Part shown: piece after piece, positions 47,901 through 61,120 of the stretch
Layout of the letters: the number at the start of each line of letters is the position of its first letter
Numbering within the stretch: the first letter of the stretch is position 1
NCBI GenBank assembly: GCA_050084515.1
Contig: CM114271.1
Span: 35,836,001-35,900,000, forward strand
Reading direction: 5' to 3'
Length of the DNA: 64,000 nucleotides
Source of the DNA: Blasia pusilla
Lineage: Eukaryota
Notes under the pieces: generated by a model
Told to the model about the DNA's origin: nothing
Database searches by the model: none
The model's input: only the letters and a program-made list of their open reading frames with translations
Program-made: the position numbers and the translations under genes

Positions 47901-48341
47901 ACCTTGTTTTTTGTTTCATAGAGAAGTATGGAGGAGAAAGTCTGGGTTTGTTTAATCTGACACCTTAATATTCCTTTATGTACTCTGTCCTAATCAAGCC
48001 TTTATCCAAACGCTGGCTTTGGAACAGGTGAGCATGATACGAAGGCGATGCAAGAGCATGGTATGGCATTGCTTGCAGCTGCACACAAGTATGACATTCC
48101 GGATCTCAAAAGAGTCTGTGAAACAGCTGTCGCGAGCATGGTGCAACCTTTCAATGCTTTGGAAACTCTCCACCAAGCGCGGCTCTATGACGCTAACTGG
48201 GTTAAAAAGGCATGTGTGGAATGCATTGCCCGCAACGTAAAGCAGGTGGCCTTTACAGAGGAGCTCCGTAGTCTTATATTTCGGAACGAGGATCCAGAAT
48301 CAGTACTTGAAATCATACAAAGTATTGCAAATGGTCATTAG
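44927..48341 (+). CDS. BTB/POZ domain protein (At3g56230/At1g01640-like), 3 exons: 44927-45250, 47718-47844, 48028-48341
   Basis: CxxC...CxxCY N-terminus and coiled coil, then HADVTI...SHRAIL|ASRSPVFKAMF...MRALLLYIYT|G...LLAAAHKYDIPDLKRVCE...NALETL. GT-AG introns keep the frame. Confidence 0.92.
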
Positions 48342-50149
48342 CTTTCTCTCTCATGCCCCCTTCTCTACTTCTCCTTGCCTCACCTCTACTAAAAAAAGTA
48401 CGTTGAAATGCACAAATTATCTTCTGGTGCATTTTGCAATTGTGCCACCACTTTTATCATACTTTTTAGAGTGTATTCTTCAAAGGGTGTAGTGCCTGTC
48501 AGCTCAATGAATGGTAAAACAATGAAAGTCGTTACCTTTTGATTCATTTAGTCAGGCAGTTGTCCACTTCACGGTTCAGGTCAAGTTTGTTGTTTCAAGT
48601 GACAGTGGGGACTTTTTCCTGACTTGCTGTCTCCTTGTTGCGATATTTTATTGTAGTGTTGCGAAGTTGGAATAAAAGTAGAGGATGTATAGCCTGGGCG
48701 TTTGATGAACTCATTCGTCTTCATTTTCCAAGTTTAAACCCTAGGTGGATTGGAAGACCCTTCAAATGGTGACACTAGCAGACCCAAGTAATTGGATTAC
48801 TCATTCCTTTGGTGTGGGTTGTCATCATCAAATCCAAATTTGCAAGGAATTGTCTCTAGTTCTACTCGACTGGTGGCTTAATTCTAGATGCTTACTACTT
48901 GACTACTAAATTTAAATGGCACTCCGTAGTATTGGTCCCTCAAATTCCAGGCCGTCACAATTTACCGGGTTAGATTTTTTGCAAAGGGAAGTAAAGATCA
49001 AGGAATCCATGGATGACTAAAAGGCTGGTTACTGAGAGGCTTTGGCAACTCATACCTTTCTTAGTTTGTTTTTGGCAGTGAAATAGTGCAGCACTTCTCG
49101 TGCATGGCTTTTGACATTTACTAACAATGCACCTTCCATGTTTGTCGAATATTTTTGCGTTCCTATCTCCATCCGTTGCTCTTCTCGGTTTCTCCTTTCC
49201 AGCCAGATCCACTATCTGCACTCTGCCTTGTCAAGAAGGCGAGAGATACTTGCATTCAACGGCAGGCTCCAGCATTTATACTGAGGAATTTGTTGTTCCT
49301 AAGATGAAGAATAAAACAGTAAGTCGTCTGGTTTTGAATTTCGTCCAGAACTAGCATGATACACTCAAGCATCGTTTTGATAACAGTGGAATTGGAGATT
49401 CTTAACATGACTCCACACCTGAAAAAATATGATCAACTGCACAATTTGAGAGTCGAGAGTGTCGTTTCAAAATCGTAACACCTCCAAGTTATTTTGCAGA
49501 TTGCAGTTGATCAAAGTTGCGCTCCTGATGTGTTGTGGTTAAATGGATGGAATCTGAGCCCCACTAACTGCTGTGGTTTTTGAACCTTCAACTGTTACTG
49601 TGGACCTCCACAGGAAGGTCATTCTATTCATGGTAACCACCTCTTTAAGGAGACCTCTCTAGCCCCACGCTACGATTCTTGCTGCTATCTAAACCTAACA
49701 GTAGCAGTGCTAACTCACGATTATCCCGGTTGAAAGTCCAACAAACAGGAGCAAATCCACACCTCTTGCTGAGAAATCATCACCTCTTCCAAGAATTCCG
49801 TCATTTGTGCCCCGGTTTTGGTTGTGCACAAGCAGCGCTGGAGCATGTGCGGAAGTGTCGATGATTGTTTCTGGTTTTACGTACATGCAACTTCCAGGCG
49901 CATCCGATCACGGCTCCATTTTGGATAATCATGGAAGGCACATTACGTTCGTACCACAAACATGCCATGGGCTAATCGAGCAGCCCACGCTTTTCCACTA
50001 TGCATTTAACACCAGATTTTCATTTTATTAGAGAGAAAATGGAAAATCCCCATTCATTGTAGATACCATAATAAATACTAGAGGGAGGCAAAATCCCCCA
50101 AAAAAAAGGAGATCCCCATTGCTAATGGGTCAATTGCCACATATGATCA

Positions 50150-52200
50150 AGAAGACTAGCTCTAGACAATTGAGATCCTTCAATTGAAGGTCTAGGACCT
50201 CTAGTATAGCATATGCTCTATGAAAGAGCCATGCAAATATTTTGTTGGAGGTTGGTGATGACCCAACCCTTCCACCAAGATAGGTAACTACTCACCTCAT
50301 ACTTCCTCCTTGTTATTCTTGTAAGAAACTCCACAAAATGTGGATGGACACAATTGAATATCTCCATCGCCAAAGAACACATCTTTCTTTGAATACAATC
50401 TCGCCTTCCTATTTTTCGCCACGGTAGCAACATACATATGACCCCCACTATCAACTACTTCTCTAAGTTAGAATTGACCATGTCCACCATTTATGCTACC
50501 CCATCATGGCGTAAGTAGAAATATACGTTGTGGTATGAAATACCTCTCTTAAAAAATGGTAGAAGTCCCTTCATCTCCTTTTGGAATGTTGTTATATGCT
50601 CAAGCTCAAGATGACTCATGAGTTCCATGGGGATTCTTGAGACTCTGCCCAAGATCAAGATAACTCATGTAATTTACTATAGCAATATTTAGAATGGCAT
50701 GCCAGAAAGTAATGTGTTTGCATAGCTTACCATATAGGAGAAGGTGATAAACCTTTGTATATATTCTATGGAAAGCACATCTTGTCCCTACCTTTATATC
50801 AAGAGAGAGGGATTAGGCTCTCTTCTTCTCTTTGTGCATATTTTGCTCTTCTTATTTATGCAAGCAAGCTCTCTCCTTTGTACAGATGTGTATGTGTGAA
50901 TGTTGATATTGTAGAGCTAGTGGTTTCTATAGGATGTGTATGTCCAATAATAGCATGGTTGATAGAATTGTATCCCTTACAATATCATAAGCTACAATTA
51001 TTCATCTCCATGGGAACAAGCACTCATCCATGAGCATGACCTCTTCTTGGAATGAATAAACCTCCACGAAAATACCCTGATGGACATAATGTCTCTTAAA
51101 AAGACCTTGAAGTGGAAATCTATCAACGAAGATTGAAGCTCAAATTGACTAGAGATAAATAAGTAGGAGAAAATTTTGAGAACTACCCTAGCCTCATCTA
51201 GAAGGGAATATCTATATGTTGTGAGAGAAGAACGTAGGGGAAAAGATTCCTCCTCTACATAAGACATATATTATAGTAGCAGGGGTCCATCTCAAAATCT
51301 ATAAAAGAATATGGAGCAAAGAAGGGGTGCTTCCATGATCCAACTCCCTTAAAAGCTAGAGGTGTTGCTCAGTCCATTTAGAAAAGACCCGCTCTACCAC
51401 CAAATGTGATCAACCAAGAGGATTGTTGACAAGCTAGCACGCCCATGGGAAAGTCAAAAGAGATAGAGCCTAAAAGCTCCCTAAGCACTTGTAGCTCGCT
51501 ATGTATTTTTACAATCCTAATGAGATATCCATTATATCTAGGGAACGAAGAAGAAAAGATGCTTCCACCGTAGAGAGCAAAGGCTTCAACCATAGAGTAG
51601 CTACCCAATAATTAGCCAATGTTAAGAGGGTGCAAACCAAGAGATCTTCCTTATGAGCATTGATGGTGGACTCCAAAATCATGACCTCCTCCTTGAAGCC
51701 ACCCATTATGGATGTCTATCGAGAGAAGCCCTAAAAACCCCAATGCAACCGTCTTACAAAAACTAGGTTAGCCACACCAAACTGATGTGGCAAATGGTAC
51801 GATTGGAAGACTTCAAGATATTTTGAAGAAATAAGGTGAATCACCAACTTCATAAAAAACCTCGCTTATGGGCGGATGGATGTATGGGCGATTGGATGAA
51901 TCCCTCCACCTGATTTAGATAGAGCCAAAATTTTCCCCATCCCCAAGAATTGGGCAATTGATATTGAAAGCCTCCCCCAAGCTAGGTGAGAGGCAACCTT
52001 GAGAAACTCAAAGAAGCCATTAGTGGAATTCTCTGGAGGAAATCAATCCTAAGGTGTTTGTACTCCATGCCTGACAAACCTCTAGAAGCAACACGTGAAG
52101 ATTGTCCAAGTGCTTGTGAAAAGAGGAACATACCTAGGAAAAACCATATCAAGGCGGAAGTCATACATAAAAGATGGAATGTCAAATACTAGGTATGTCC
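50150..52200 (-). mobile_element. Degenerate CRE-like (RLE) non-LTR retrotransposon, apparently with an internal RT deletion
   Basis: ILALSKSGGGIHPIA...HLPHQFGVA...RASLDRHP (start of RT), ELLGSISF...GVLACQQSS.LI.FGG, and C-terminal SLAMEIFNCVHPHFVEFL...LQQNICMAL (RLE). Confidence 0.7.
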
Positions 52201-53639
52201 TGACTCTCATAACCAAACACATCTTATAGCAGCTAGACCCAAGATACATTTGGGATGAATAAGGTGGCATTGAATCTGACCTGCTTGTTAGGATTTGATT
52301 CCAATGCATTATTGATCGAGAAAAATGCAGAAGTAGAAGTCCCGAAGTAGATCCAAAACTGTTAGAATGATAGTTTTGGTTGAGAATTATAGGGATTGGC
52401 CTAAGAGGGACTTTTTGGATGAATGAGGGACCTAAATTCTCTAGAACTATGTATATGAGGAAGGTTCTCATAGGGACTTTGGAGCTTAAACCCCATCTTG
52501 GGGATCATATAGATTGAACTAAAGGTATAGAGTGGATCAAGACACTGGCATTGAGATTTTGACACCAAGCCGAGTCCAAGTAGTCTAGTTTAAACCTTGA
52601 CCCGAGAATCAAATATTGAGTTATGATTATAGACTCGTTCAAGGCCCATTGGGCAATTGGGACTGCAAGCATGCAAGCATTGTTCTAGGTCCTCTAGTCC
52701 AACAAGGAAGTTAACATTTGTCCCAAGTCTTGAATGACTTGTCTATGTTAGGGAGTGAGAGGTTAATTTAGTATATAAGCTTGTTTAGGACTAGTAAGCT
52801 TGAGAGATGACCTGAGAGCCAAACTTGGAAGACCTAATGTTTCTTGACCCAAAACATGGCTAATATGAGACTATGTGCTTGGATGAAAATCTTTAATGAG
52901 AGCATGTCTTGCTAAATACAAGGTTTTGACAAACTAAAAATTAAAATTCAAAAGAGTAGGTGCACGACAATATGAGGATATAGCCTCCTAAAGGTGTCGA
53001 GAGTATCAAGCATTGGGGGTGCAAAAATATATGAGAGGGTGAAGAGTGTGCTCCACTCATAAGTACTCATGAGCATATCATAGTGCCCTACAATATCGCA
53101 ACATGGTTGCTAAAAGGTTATCCGTAGGAAAATCAAACAAAGAGCTACCTTTGACACAAGCCATGTAATTACTTGGAAGAGACTCTCAATTACCTGTACG
53201 AAATTACCTTAATTGGACCAAAAACCTTTCTATGGTCAACCTTCCCATCCGAAGTATAGCAGAGATACCAATATGGAAGGAGAAGTATAGATATCAAGAG
53301 AGCTCATCTATAAGATCAAGTGCACTCCTAACTAAGGAGAGAAGGAAACCACAATAAGGTCATCTCAAATAGCATGGGGAATCATGTGGAATAACATCAT
53401 GTAGGAAAAATCTATGGTATTTTCACGGATGATTCCCATGTGGAATAACGTCACGCAGAAAAGATCTATGGTATTTTCAAGGTAAGGAAATTTGGTTTCT
53501 CGACTACACATCCCAACCCATTTACCTAAAAATGGGACAACTGGTGAGGTTCCAAGCATGGCTACAACACGTTGTGACAAAGATATGATCCCCTTAATTA
53601 ATCATACCAAAGAGAGAGCCCATACACTAGAATAATAAG

Positions 53640-54262
53640 GTGACTTTCATGACTTGAAAATATGACTCCATATAGTCATATTTTACAAACCATGACTAAA
53701 TATGATTCATGACTCCACCACTCTTAAAAGACAAGTCATATTTATCATGACTATAGTCATTTAATTTAATCAAGTCATATATAAATGATTCGTGACTAAG
53801 TATGTATAGTATATGACATGGAGAAAAAGACCAAATTTATAGGTGATTACACGTCATCATTCCGACGTGGATTACCACGTCACTTGTACATAATAGATAA
53901 TAAGACAAACGACTAAATTTTTTGACAAATTATCAGAGGCCCATAATGACTCATAGTGATATGCAAGTGTGACTCGTAGAGTTATTTCATGACTCCCCAA
54001 AACAATTTCATTTACTCACAAAGTCATGTCATGACTCAATGATGACTTATGATATTACTCATTGAGTCTCTTCAATTAGTCATGTAGTCATTTATTTGGT
54101 GGTGAATAGCATATGTATGACTCATAGATATAGTAAATGACTCAAGCAATGACTTGGAGAGTAATTCATTGACTAAAGAGTTGTGCCATATATGACACAA
54201 TGAGTCATCATTTGACTAGATTATAATCACTTTGGGAGGGCATTGCAACCATAATGACTCTT
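53640..54262. repeat. CACTA subterminal repeat region (ATGACT/AGTCAT in both orientations)
   Basis: Dense (A)TGACT(C) and AGTCAT motifs directly inside the CACTA terminus. Confidence 0.85.
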
Positions 54263-54616
54263 GAGTTTTTTCTTAAAGGAAAAACCCGTGAACTATTAAT
54301 TCAAGTGGACTGGGTATTTTTTATGGTTTGACAAGTAGGTGCTGGTAGATCTTCATTTGTTTCTATGTCAATTTAAACCCCATTTAATGAGTGATTCAAA
54401 AAAGCAATTCCGTTGAAATTTGAAATGTAAATAACCAAGAACAACAATTTAACACCTCAAAGGAGAAGACAAAATTTAATCGATTGTCAAGTGGTGTTTT
54501 TCACAACTTCTCTTCTGAATTCTGTCAAAATTGAACCAGAAACAGGGTTCAAATTCCCTTGTAGGGTCTAGAGAAGAGTTAAACAGAAACATAAAGTATA
54601 AATCTGAACACCAAGT

Positions 54617-56700
54617 CTAATAGAAGTAGATTACTCTACTCTCTTTTTCAGATTTTTTTTCAGGCCAGAGTACAACTGATCGTACAACATCACCCAACAC
54701 ATATTGTGGCGGCTCATCTTCCTCATTTGCTTTCCATAACTTGAAACTAGGCTCAATGGCCTCAATCAAGCAACAAGAGAGTGTCCCTATTGGGGTTTCC
54801 TTCCCATGGAACCGATCTTTCCTTGGAAGACCACTAACCACCACATGATCGATAACATGTCGTGTATTCCTTGGTTTGGTAAAATCAACCTTGTCTCCAA
54901 CCTGCAACTGATATGAAAAAATAAGAATAAGTACATTTGCCAAAAATCATCAACAATTGGATAAAGTCCAAGATTGTGAAGTCACAAAAATTGTACCTTT
55001 TTGTAAGACCAGCCATTAAGTGGTAACATCCCTGTGAACTTGACTTCATCCATGTTTAAAATCTGCTAACAACAATATCTGAAATGTCAATTATATTGCA
55101 AGGAAACTCTAGAATTGGGGATTTAGTAAGTACTCTTGTTTTCTTCCTCTCGCCACCTGACTTTGGTTCACTCTCATTTCCATCACTCACAACATCAGAT
55201 TGCACCTTAGTTGTCTTCAACTTTTTCTTCATTGGAGAAGAAAGTAATGATTGGATGCCAACTTCAGAAGGTTGATTCCCTAGTTGAGCACCTTGCTCTA
55301 GCGCCAATCCTTTCCCTAACACATGAGAAGACTATAAACCTGAGAAGAAAATTTATGAACAAAATAATTTCAAAGTACTTGTCCTCAAGGCATGAAAGAA
55401 TCCCATTTCAACAAATCAGGAGTGACTAATATGATGCCTATTTGATTCACTCACCCTTAGCTGTCGATGCACCCGCACCATCTTCATTGGAGATGAATAT
55501 TGTTGGGGTCTTCCTTTTCTTATTCAAACCTTCATGAGAAATACATGTGAGTCTTTTGTGTAAGCTTTGAAAAGAAACATGACTAAACCTCACTACTACG
55601 TAGTAAACATTTGCATAAGGCACTATGGGAAAAATCTGCCCATATACTTACCTGTTTCAAGGTGCATATACTCTGAACCCTTATGAATTTTGGTGGGCTC
55701 GATAATTTGATTCAAAAGTTTTGATTTTGGAGGATGAAGAACACCTAAACATCTCATATATCTTAGACTTTGACACTAGATGAAAAAACCTGATATTGGA
55801 AAACTTGCAAGCTTAAACTACTTTATATGTGGCTCTACAACAAAAATACTAAAGATTGGGAATATCACAACAATCTTCAACCAAATTTTCCCAAGAAAAA
55901 ATCCTACAAGTTTCTATTTCTAAGTGGTGTGGTGCTCTGTCATGTCAATCTGACCTGAATTATTTTGAGTGACCATCTTTGCCAAATCAGCCACCCCCAA
56001 CTTTGCAAGGTCGGTCAACTGTGTAGTCAAAGTACTAAGCTATAGATTTGTATTTTTTGTACATAATAATATACCTTTGCACCTACGTTTATTTGAGTTC
56101 CACTAGCCTCAGGTGTAGGAGCATCCAACTCCTTGGAAGTCGTAGATGTTATGCTCTCCTATTTGTGTCATAGATTTAGAACAAGAAGGGATGTGTGAAG
56201 GCAAAAAGAAAGTAGTAATGGCATTTGTGTAGCATGTAAATCAAAAAACCTGATATAAAGTGCTAAATTTTTACAAGCAACAAAAAAAACAGCAAGATCT
56301 TTAGCATGGTATGCATGTTCTCTTGAAATCAAAATCAGAAGTCTTGTCTAGGGTTAGATGGATGAATGCAAAAGGAAACTTACAACCCCAAAATAACCAT
56401 GTGCACCAGAACAACCAAAAGAATTGGTCTTCTCCACTTGTTGCCTTGCAGCCCTCATCACCTTGGCTTTTGTTTGAGTCTGTATTTGACAACCAGTAAT
56501 CTACCAACCGCTCCCATTGTGGAGCTCTTGTTGCAGGATGGCATTCAACTAAACGCAAACTCCCTTTGTTTACCCAATAACTCTTCATTACATACCTCTC
56601 TGTCTTCAACAAGGTTGCAATCTTCTTCCTCAATAAATCTGGAGATAACCTTGATGCTCCAGCATACTCCCAAGACTCCTCCATGTGGTTTCGGACAATG
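54617..56700 (-). pseudogene. CACTA second ORF (TnpA-like), 3' exons
   Basis: IVRNHMEESWEY...KTERY...P....QWERLVDYW and the terminal exon ...FHGKETP...PQYVLGDVVRSVVLWP are typical of En/Spm ORF2 products. Confidence 0.65.
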
Positions 56701-59500
56701 GCCAGCTTTTGAAGTTGCTTGGGAAGCATGTCTTGCCACCCAAAAACAATGCGCCCCAAAGTCATCATGTACCTAAGAGACTCATGGTGAAGTTGGGGTT
56801 GAGTTACGATACCATCCATACTTGTCCACGTGGTTGCGTATTATTCCGAGGGGACTACCATGCTCTTAATCAATGTCTAAAGTGCTATGCAGAAAGATTT
56901 AGACAAGTTGGAAAGTCATTGGTACCTTGCAAAGTTCTTCGTCATTTCCCAATCATTCCTAGATTGCAATGCATGTTCAAATCGAACATCTTTTCTGAGT
57001 TGATGTGTTGGGGTCCTCTTAACCAAAGCAGAGATGGTTTAGTTCGACATACAACAGACTTCAGGGCTTGGAAGCATGTAGACCATATATATCTTGATTT
57101 TAGGAGTGAGAAGAGAAATTATAGATTTGGATTAGCATTAGATGGGGTGAATCCATTCTCGGAGAAGGCGAGTTCATGGTCAACTTGGCCAGTGTTATTA
57201 GTGAATTAAAATTTATCTCATTGGTTGCAAAAAAAAGGTTTTTTTTCTAGTTGGCTTTAATCATCCCTGGAAAAGAGAGTGTCAATAGCGAGAACATTAA
57301 CACTTTCTTGGCTCCCTTGGTAGAGGAGTTTGCAAAGCTGTGGGAAGGTGTTGATTTCCATGATGTGAGGAAATTGGATGGACAGGTGAAATTCACCTTC
57401 AAAGCCTTGATTATGTGGACCATCAATGACTACCCTGCATATGGATTGATCTCAGGATAAAGCCATGGTGGAAAGCTAGCCTCCATAGTGTGTGGGCCTC
57501 AAGTAGATTTTGATTTCTCTAAAGAATGTGGCAAACCAATATTTCTTGGTCATTGTCGTTATCTCAAACAAAACCATCATTGGCGAGGAAGGAAGTATGG
57601 ATCACTTTTCAATGGGAAAGGAGAGTCTAGGCCACCTCCCAGAAGGATTACAGCAATGGAGCATATTCAATGGGCAGAGGATAAACAAAAATACCATGAG
57701 AGAGGGGGTAGAGAAGACGATCTTGATGACCCTTACAAGAAAACCGGAAGTAAGCATATTGGAATCCTATTTTCATTGCCCTATTGGGAAGTATCCTACT
57801 TGATTGTAAGTTTTTGCATCATATAAGGAAGCTTTATTTTCGGTATATCAAAGTACACTGGATTTGTGCTAAACTATATCTAATTCGATAGCATTTATTG
57901 ATTCGACATACCTTAGATGTCATGCATGTAGAGAAGAATATTTCTGAAATTGTTATGAAAGCACTGTTTAGGATACATGATACAGTGAAAGTGAGGCGAG
58001 ATATGGAAAAAAGACAAATTTGATCCCATTTATGGCTTTAACCTCATCATTCTAGAAGTGGAAGTATTGTCAAACTTGTAGCTAACTAGGTTCTCACCGC
58101 TAGTGAAATGGCCATTTTCTTGGGAAGGGTTGAATCTTTGAAAGTGCCAACTGGCTATAGTGGTGAGTTGAAAAAACTTGTGGTGAAGAAGAGATTGGGG
58201 AACATGAAGTCTCATGACTACCATGTATTTATCCAAAAAATTCTACCTTTTTGTCTTCGAGATCTCATGAGCAAAGATGTGAGGACCACGGTTCTAAGAT
58301 TATGTAGAGGAATCTTTCACAAAAAATTTGGGACCGTACAGATTATCCCCAACTTCATGAAGACGTAGCTTTCACCTTGTGTTTGCTTGAGATGTATTTT
58401 CCTCCAGCCTTTTTTAATGTAATGACCCATCTGCTTATTCATCTAGTGGAGGGGCTAGACATGTGTGGGCCAATAGCATATAGATGGATGTATCCTTTTG
58501 AAAGGTATATGGGAGTTATGAAGAAATACATGAGGTCAAACACGCCCAGAAGCATGTATGGCCGAGGCCTACATTTTAGATGAAGCTATGGGATTTGTGA
58601 CAAAATATTTGAAAAGGTTTGAGCCAATTCATACTTAAGTATGGGATGATGGTGAGGAAGGTGGTGTTTCTGGGGAAGAATTAGAGGATGTAGCAGTCCA
58701 AGTTCGACTTTCGCGATCTACTATCGACATGGCACATCAATACATTTTGCATAATAGTGAATATATGGTGAAGTGGCACAAGTAAGGCCTCAAACCCTTC
58801 AACACATAGTGGCTAGCTTTCTTGCATTTCCAACTTCAGATGTACATGTCCAACCCTCATCCACACACATTGATAGAGGCTTATATTTTACAGGTTATTC
58901 AAACAGGAAAAGAAGAGAGACAACACCTTAGCAAATGTCTCATTTTCGGATTGGGTACAACCAGCCATCATCCACACCTGTGATAGACTGAAACAATCTC
59001 TTGACCAAGAGGCTCTTGCCTTCTCTATATCCCCAACAAGCAAAGTGTGATCGTACAGAAGCATGAGAGCTTACGGTAATCATTATAGGATAAAAAATGT
59101 TGGAACTATACCCTTCTCTACATATGATAGTGGCATTGGAGCCATGTTTGTGGGCAATGATGATTTCAATCCATCCCGCCCAAGCTGCTCTTATTCGTAT
59201 GTGGGAGTTTTTGGTTGACATTTTAGTTTTTGATTATCAGATTATTGGGGAGCTAGTAGTTCTTATGAGAGGTTGTTGGACTAGGGTAGATTGGTCATCT
59301 CGTAGACCATCTATGAAGCGAGACAACGAAGGGTTTTTCCTTGCCAATTTGAGAGATGTGGAGCCACAAAGATCATGAACCTTTTGTCTTCCCTTCGCAA
59401 GTTGAACAAGTTTTTTATGGTGATGTTGGTGATGGAAGTGGATGGAGAGTGGTATTGAAGAAAGAAGCCCGATCTCGTAGATGATTTGCGAGAGACGAAG
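56701..59500 (+). pseudogene. CACTA TnpD/TNP2 transposase core (inside the inverted segment), disrupted
   Basis: LGLSYDTIHTCPRGCVLFR, LRHFPIIPRL, FGLALDGVNPF, STWPV, WTINDYPAYGLISG, HTLDVMHVEKN, MKSHDYHV, FPPAFFNVMTHLLIHL, RWMYPFERYM; many stops and frameshifts. Confidence 0.95.
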
Positions 59501-60169
59501 ATGCATCCAATGAACTTTTGCGAAAATATTGCTTTCGTTTATGGGTTCTCCACGGGCAGTGCTTCCACATTAAATGGGAATGCTAGGGAACACTTCTCTC
59601 ATATCTCTTCATCTTTCTCCAAGTGTAACAGTGAACTTTGAAAACCGAAATAATTTGGATTTCTCTGGATTAGAAATTCCTACAAATTTTCCTACAATCA
59701 TACAATCTCCTTATGTAGCTCCTAGTATAGAGTTAAGTGATGCTGAAATTAATATCTCAATGAAGGATTTCAGTACTGTGGATGTAGTGTTAACATCTGT
59801 AAATCTAGGACATGAGAGTTCAGACTCAGATAATTCAAAAAACTATGATTCTGAATAATACCTATTGTAGTTTGATCACTTGATGTAATGCACTTTGCTG
59901 ACTTTTTCATCTCAAAAATTTAATTGAAGTCAATTTCTGTCATGTAGAGGTAAGTAGTGTGTTTGCAATGCATTGCCTCTCATAGAAGGATGTTCCTAAT
60001 TTTATTATTTATTTATACTTCTTATTAGGGTATGTTGTATGGTAGTTGTTGATAACATTCCCTATGTGATGTTATGGGAAGGGACAATAGATTGGCAATG
60101 AGTACCAAGGACTTTGAATGGACCTAGGATGCTACTTGCAATGTTCAAACAACTCAGGGGAAGGCGGAT

Positions 60170-60955
60170 TTGGATGCCCTTCTGATGAGTGAGGGATTCT
60201 ATGATGCTCAAGACGAGTTACCAGATGGGACAGAACACTATATTTGGGTTCTTAGAATGGAAAGGAGTGCAACCAGGAGTGCTTTAGAAGTGAATTTTGT
60301 TGGGAGGTACAATGATGTTAGTGACCCATGTTGGCAACCCTTCAAGGAAGACAATGACAAAGGCATTGACTCAACTAACAAGTTCCGTGAGTGGACTTGT
60401 GATGGTACTAGAATTGCAAAAGTGGAAGAGGGAGAGACAAGGGCAGATCTGGAAGCAATCTTACAAAGTGATGGAAAATGTGATGCTCAAGGAGAGTTAC
60501 CCTATGGAAAAGAACAACAAATCTGGTTTCTTGGAAGGAAGCGCGAAAGAGACAAATATGTCGTTCACGTTGCATGTTTCTCAAAAGACACATGTAAAAT
60601 AGAACATGCCACTCAGGAGGTGGAACAAAGTGACTTTTATGATGCAATGTTGGATGGTGCAATTGCAAAGGTAAATCTTGAAGAAACATTTAAAGAGGGC
60701 GACGAAAAGGCTGGTTTAATTCTTAAATATTGTGCAAAGAGAGCATCGAGTCGGGAGGATCAATGTGAAGATGGGCGTTTGGACGTCTCTGCACACTTCA
60801 CTAACTCCATTGAAATAACCTTGTTGGTTGGAAACCCAACAATTCAAATGGCCAATAGAGGACCAGACAAAGGAGTAGGCTTAAATTTTGACCCTGATTC
60901 TGCTTATGATTCTGATACTAACTCATACGCAAAATTACAAATCTCGCAAGATTAG
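60170..60955 (+). CDS. Hypothetical 261-aa ORF inside the CACTA element, with an internal duplication
   Basis: Open frame; DLDALLMSEGFYDAQDELPDGTEHYIWVL recurs as DLEAILQSDGKCDAQGELPYGKEQQIWFL. Confidence 0.4.
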   Translation: MDALLMSEGFYDAQDELPDGTEHYIWVLRMERSATRSALEVNFVGRYNDVSDPCWQPFKEDNDKGIDSTNKFREWTCDGTRIAKVEEGETRADLEAILQSDGKCDAQGELPYGKEQQIWFLGRKRERDKYVVHVACFSKDTCKIEHATQEVEQSDFYDAMLDGAIAKVNLEETFKEGDEKAGLILKYCAKRASSREDQCEDGRLDVSAHFTNSIEITLLVGNPTIQMANRGPDKGVGLNFDPDSAYDSDTNSYAKLQISQD

Positions 60956-61120
60956 ACAAAGGAAGGGGCTTGAGGCAAGCATTGTTCAAGGGTTCAAGGA
61001 ATTGTATAGCTTCTACATAGCCTATATTGTGGTTTTTCTTGTGGTGTTCTTTATGGTTATTTTTTTCTTATTATTGGGCTTTCTGTTTCAGTTTAAAAGT
61101 AGATTAGGGTTTAGGTAAGG

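Noticed and set aside
50756-50981. Possible solo LTR (TG...CA) inside the CRE-like relic
   Set aside because: Flanks do not form a TSD and there is no second copy in the window.
54543-54562. B-box/T-arm-like AGGGTTCAAATTCCCT in the CACTA 3' region
   Set aside because: No A-box or cloverleaf nearby; probably chance.
56301-56819. 172-aa minus-strand ORF as a single gene
   Set aside because: It is a chimera across the inversion breakpoint: antisense TnpD sequence fused to an ORF2 exon.
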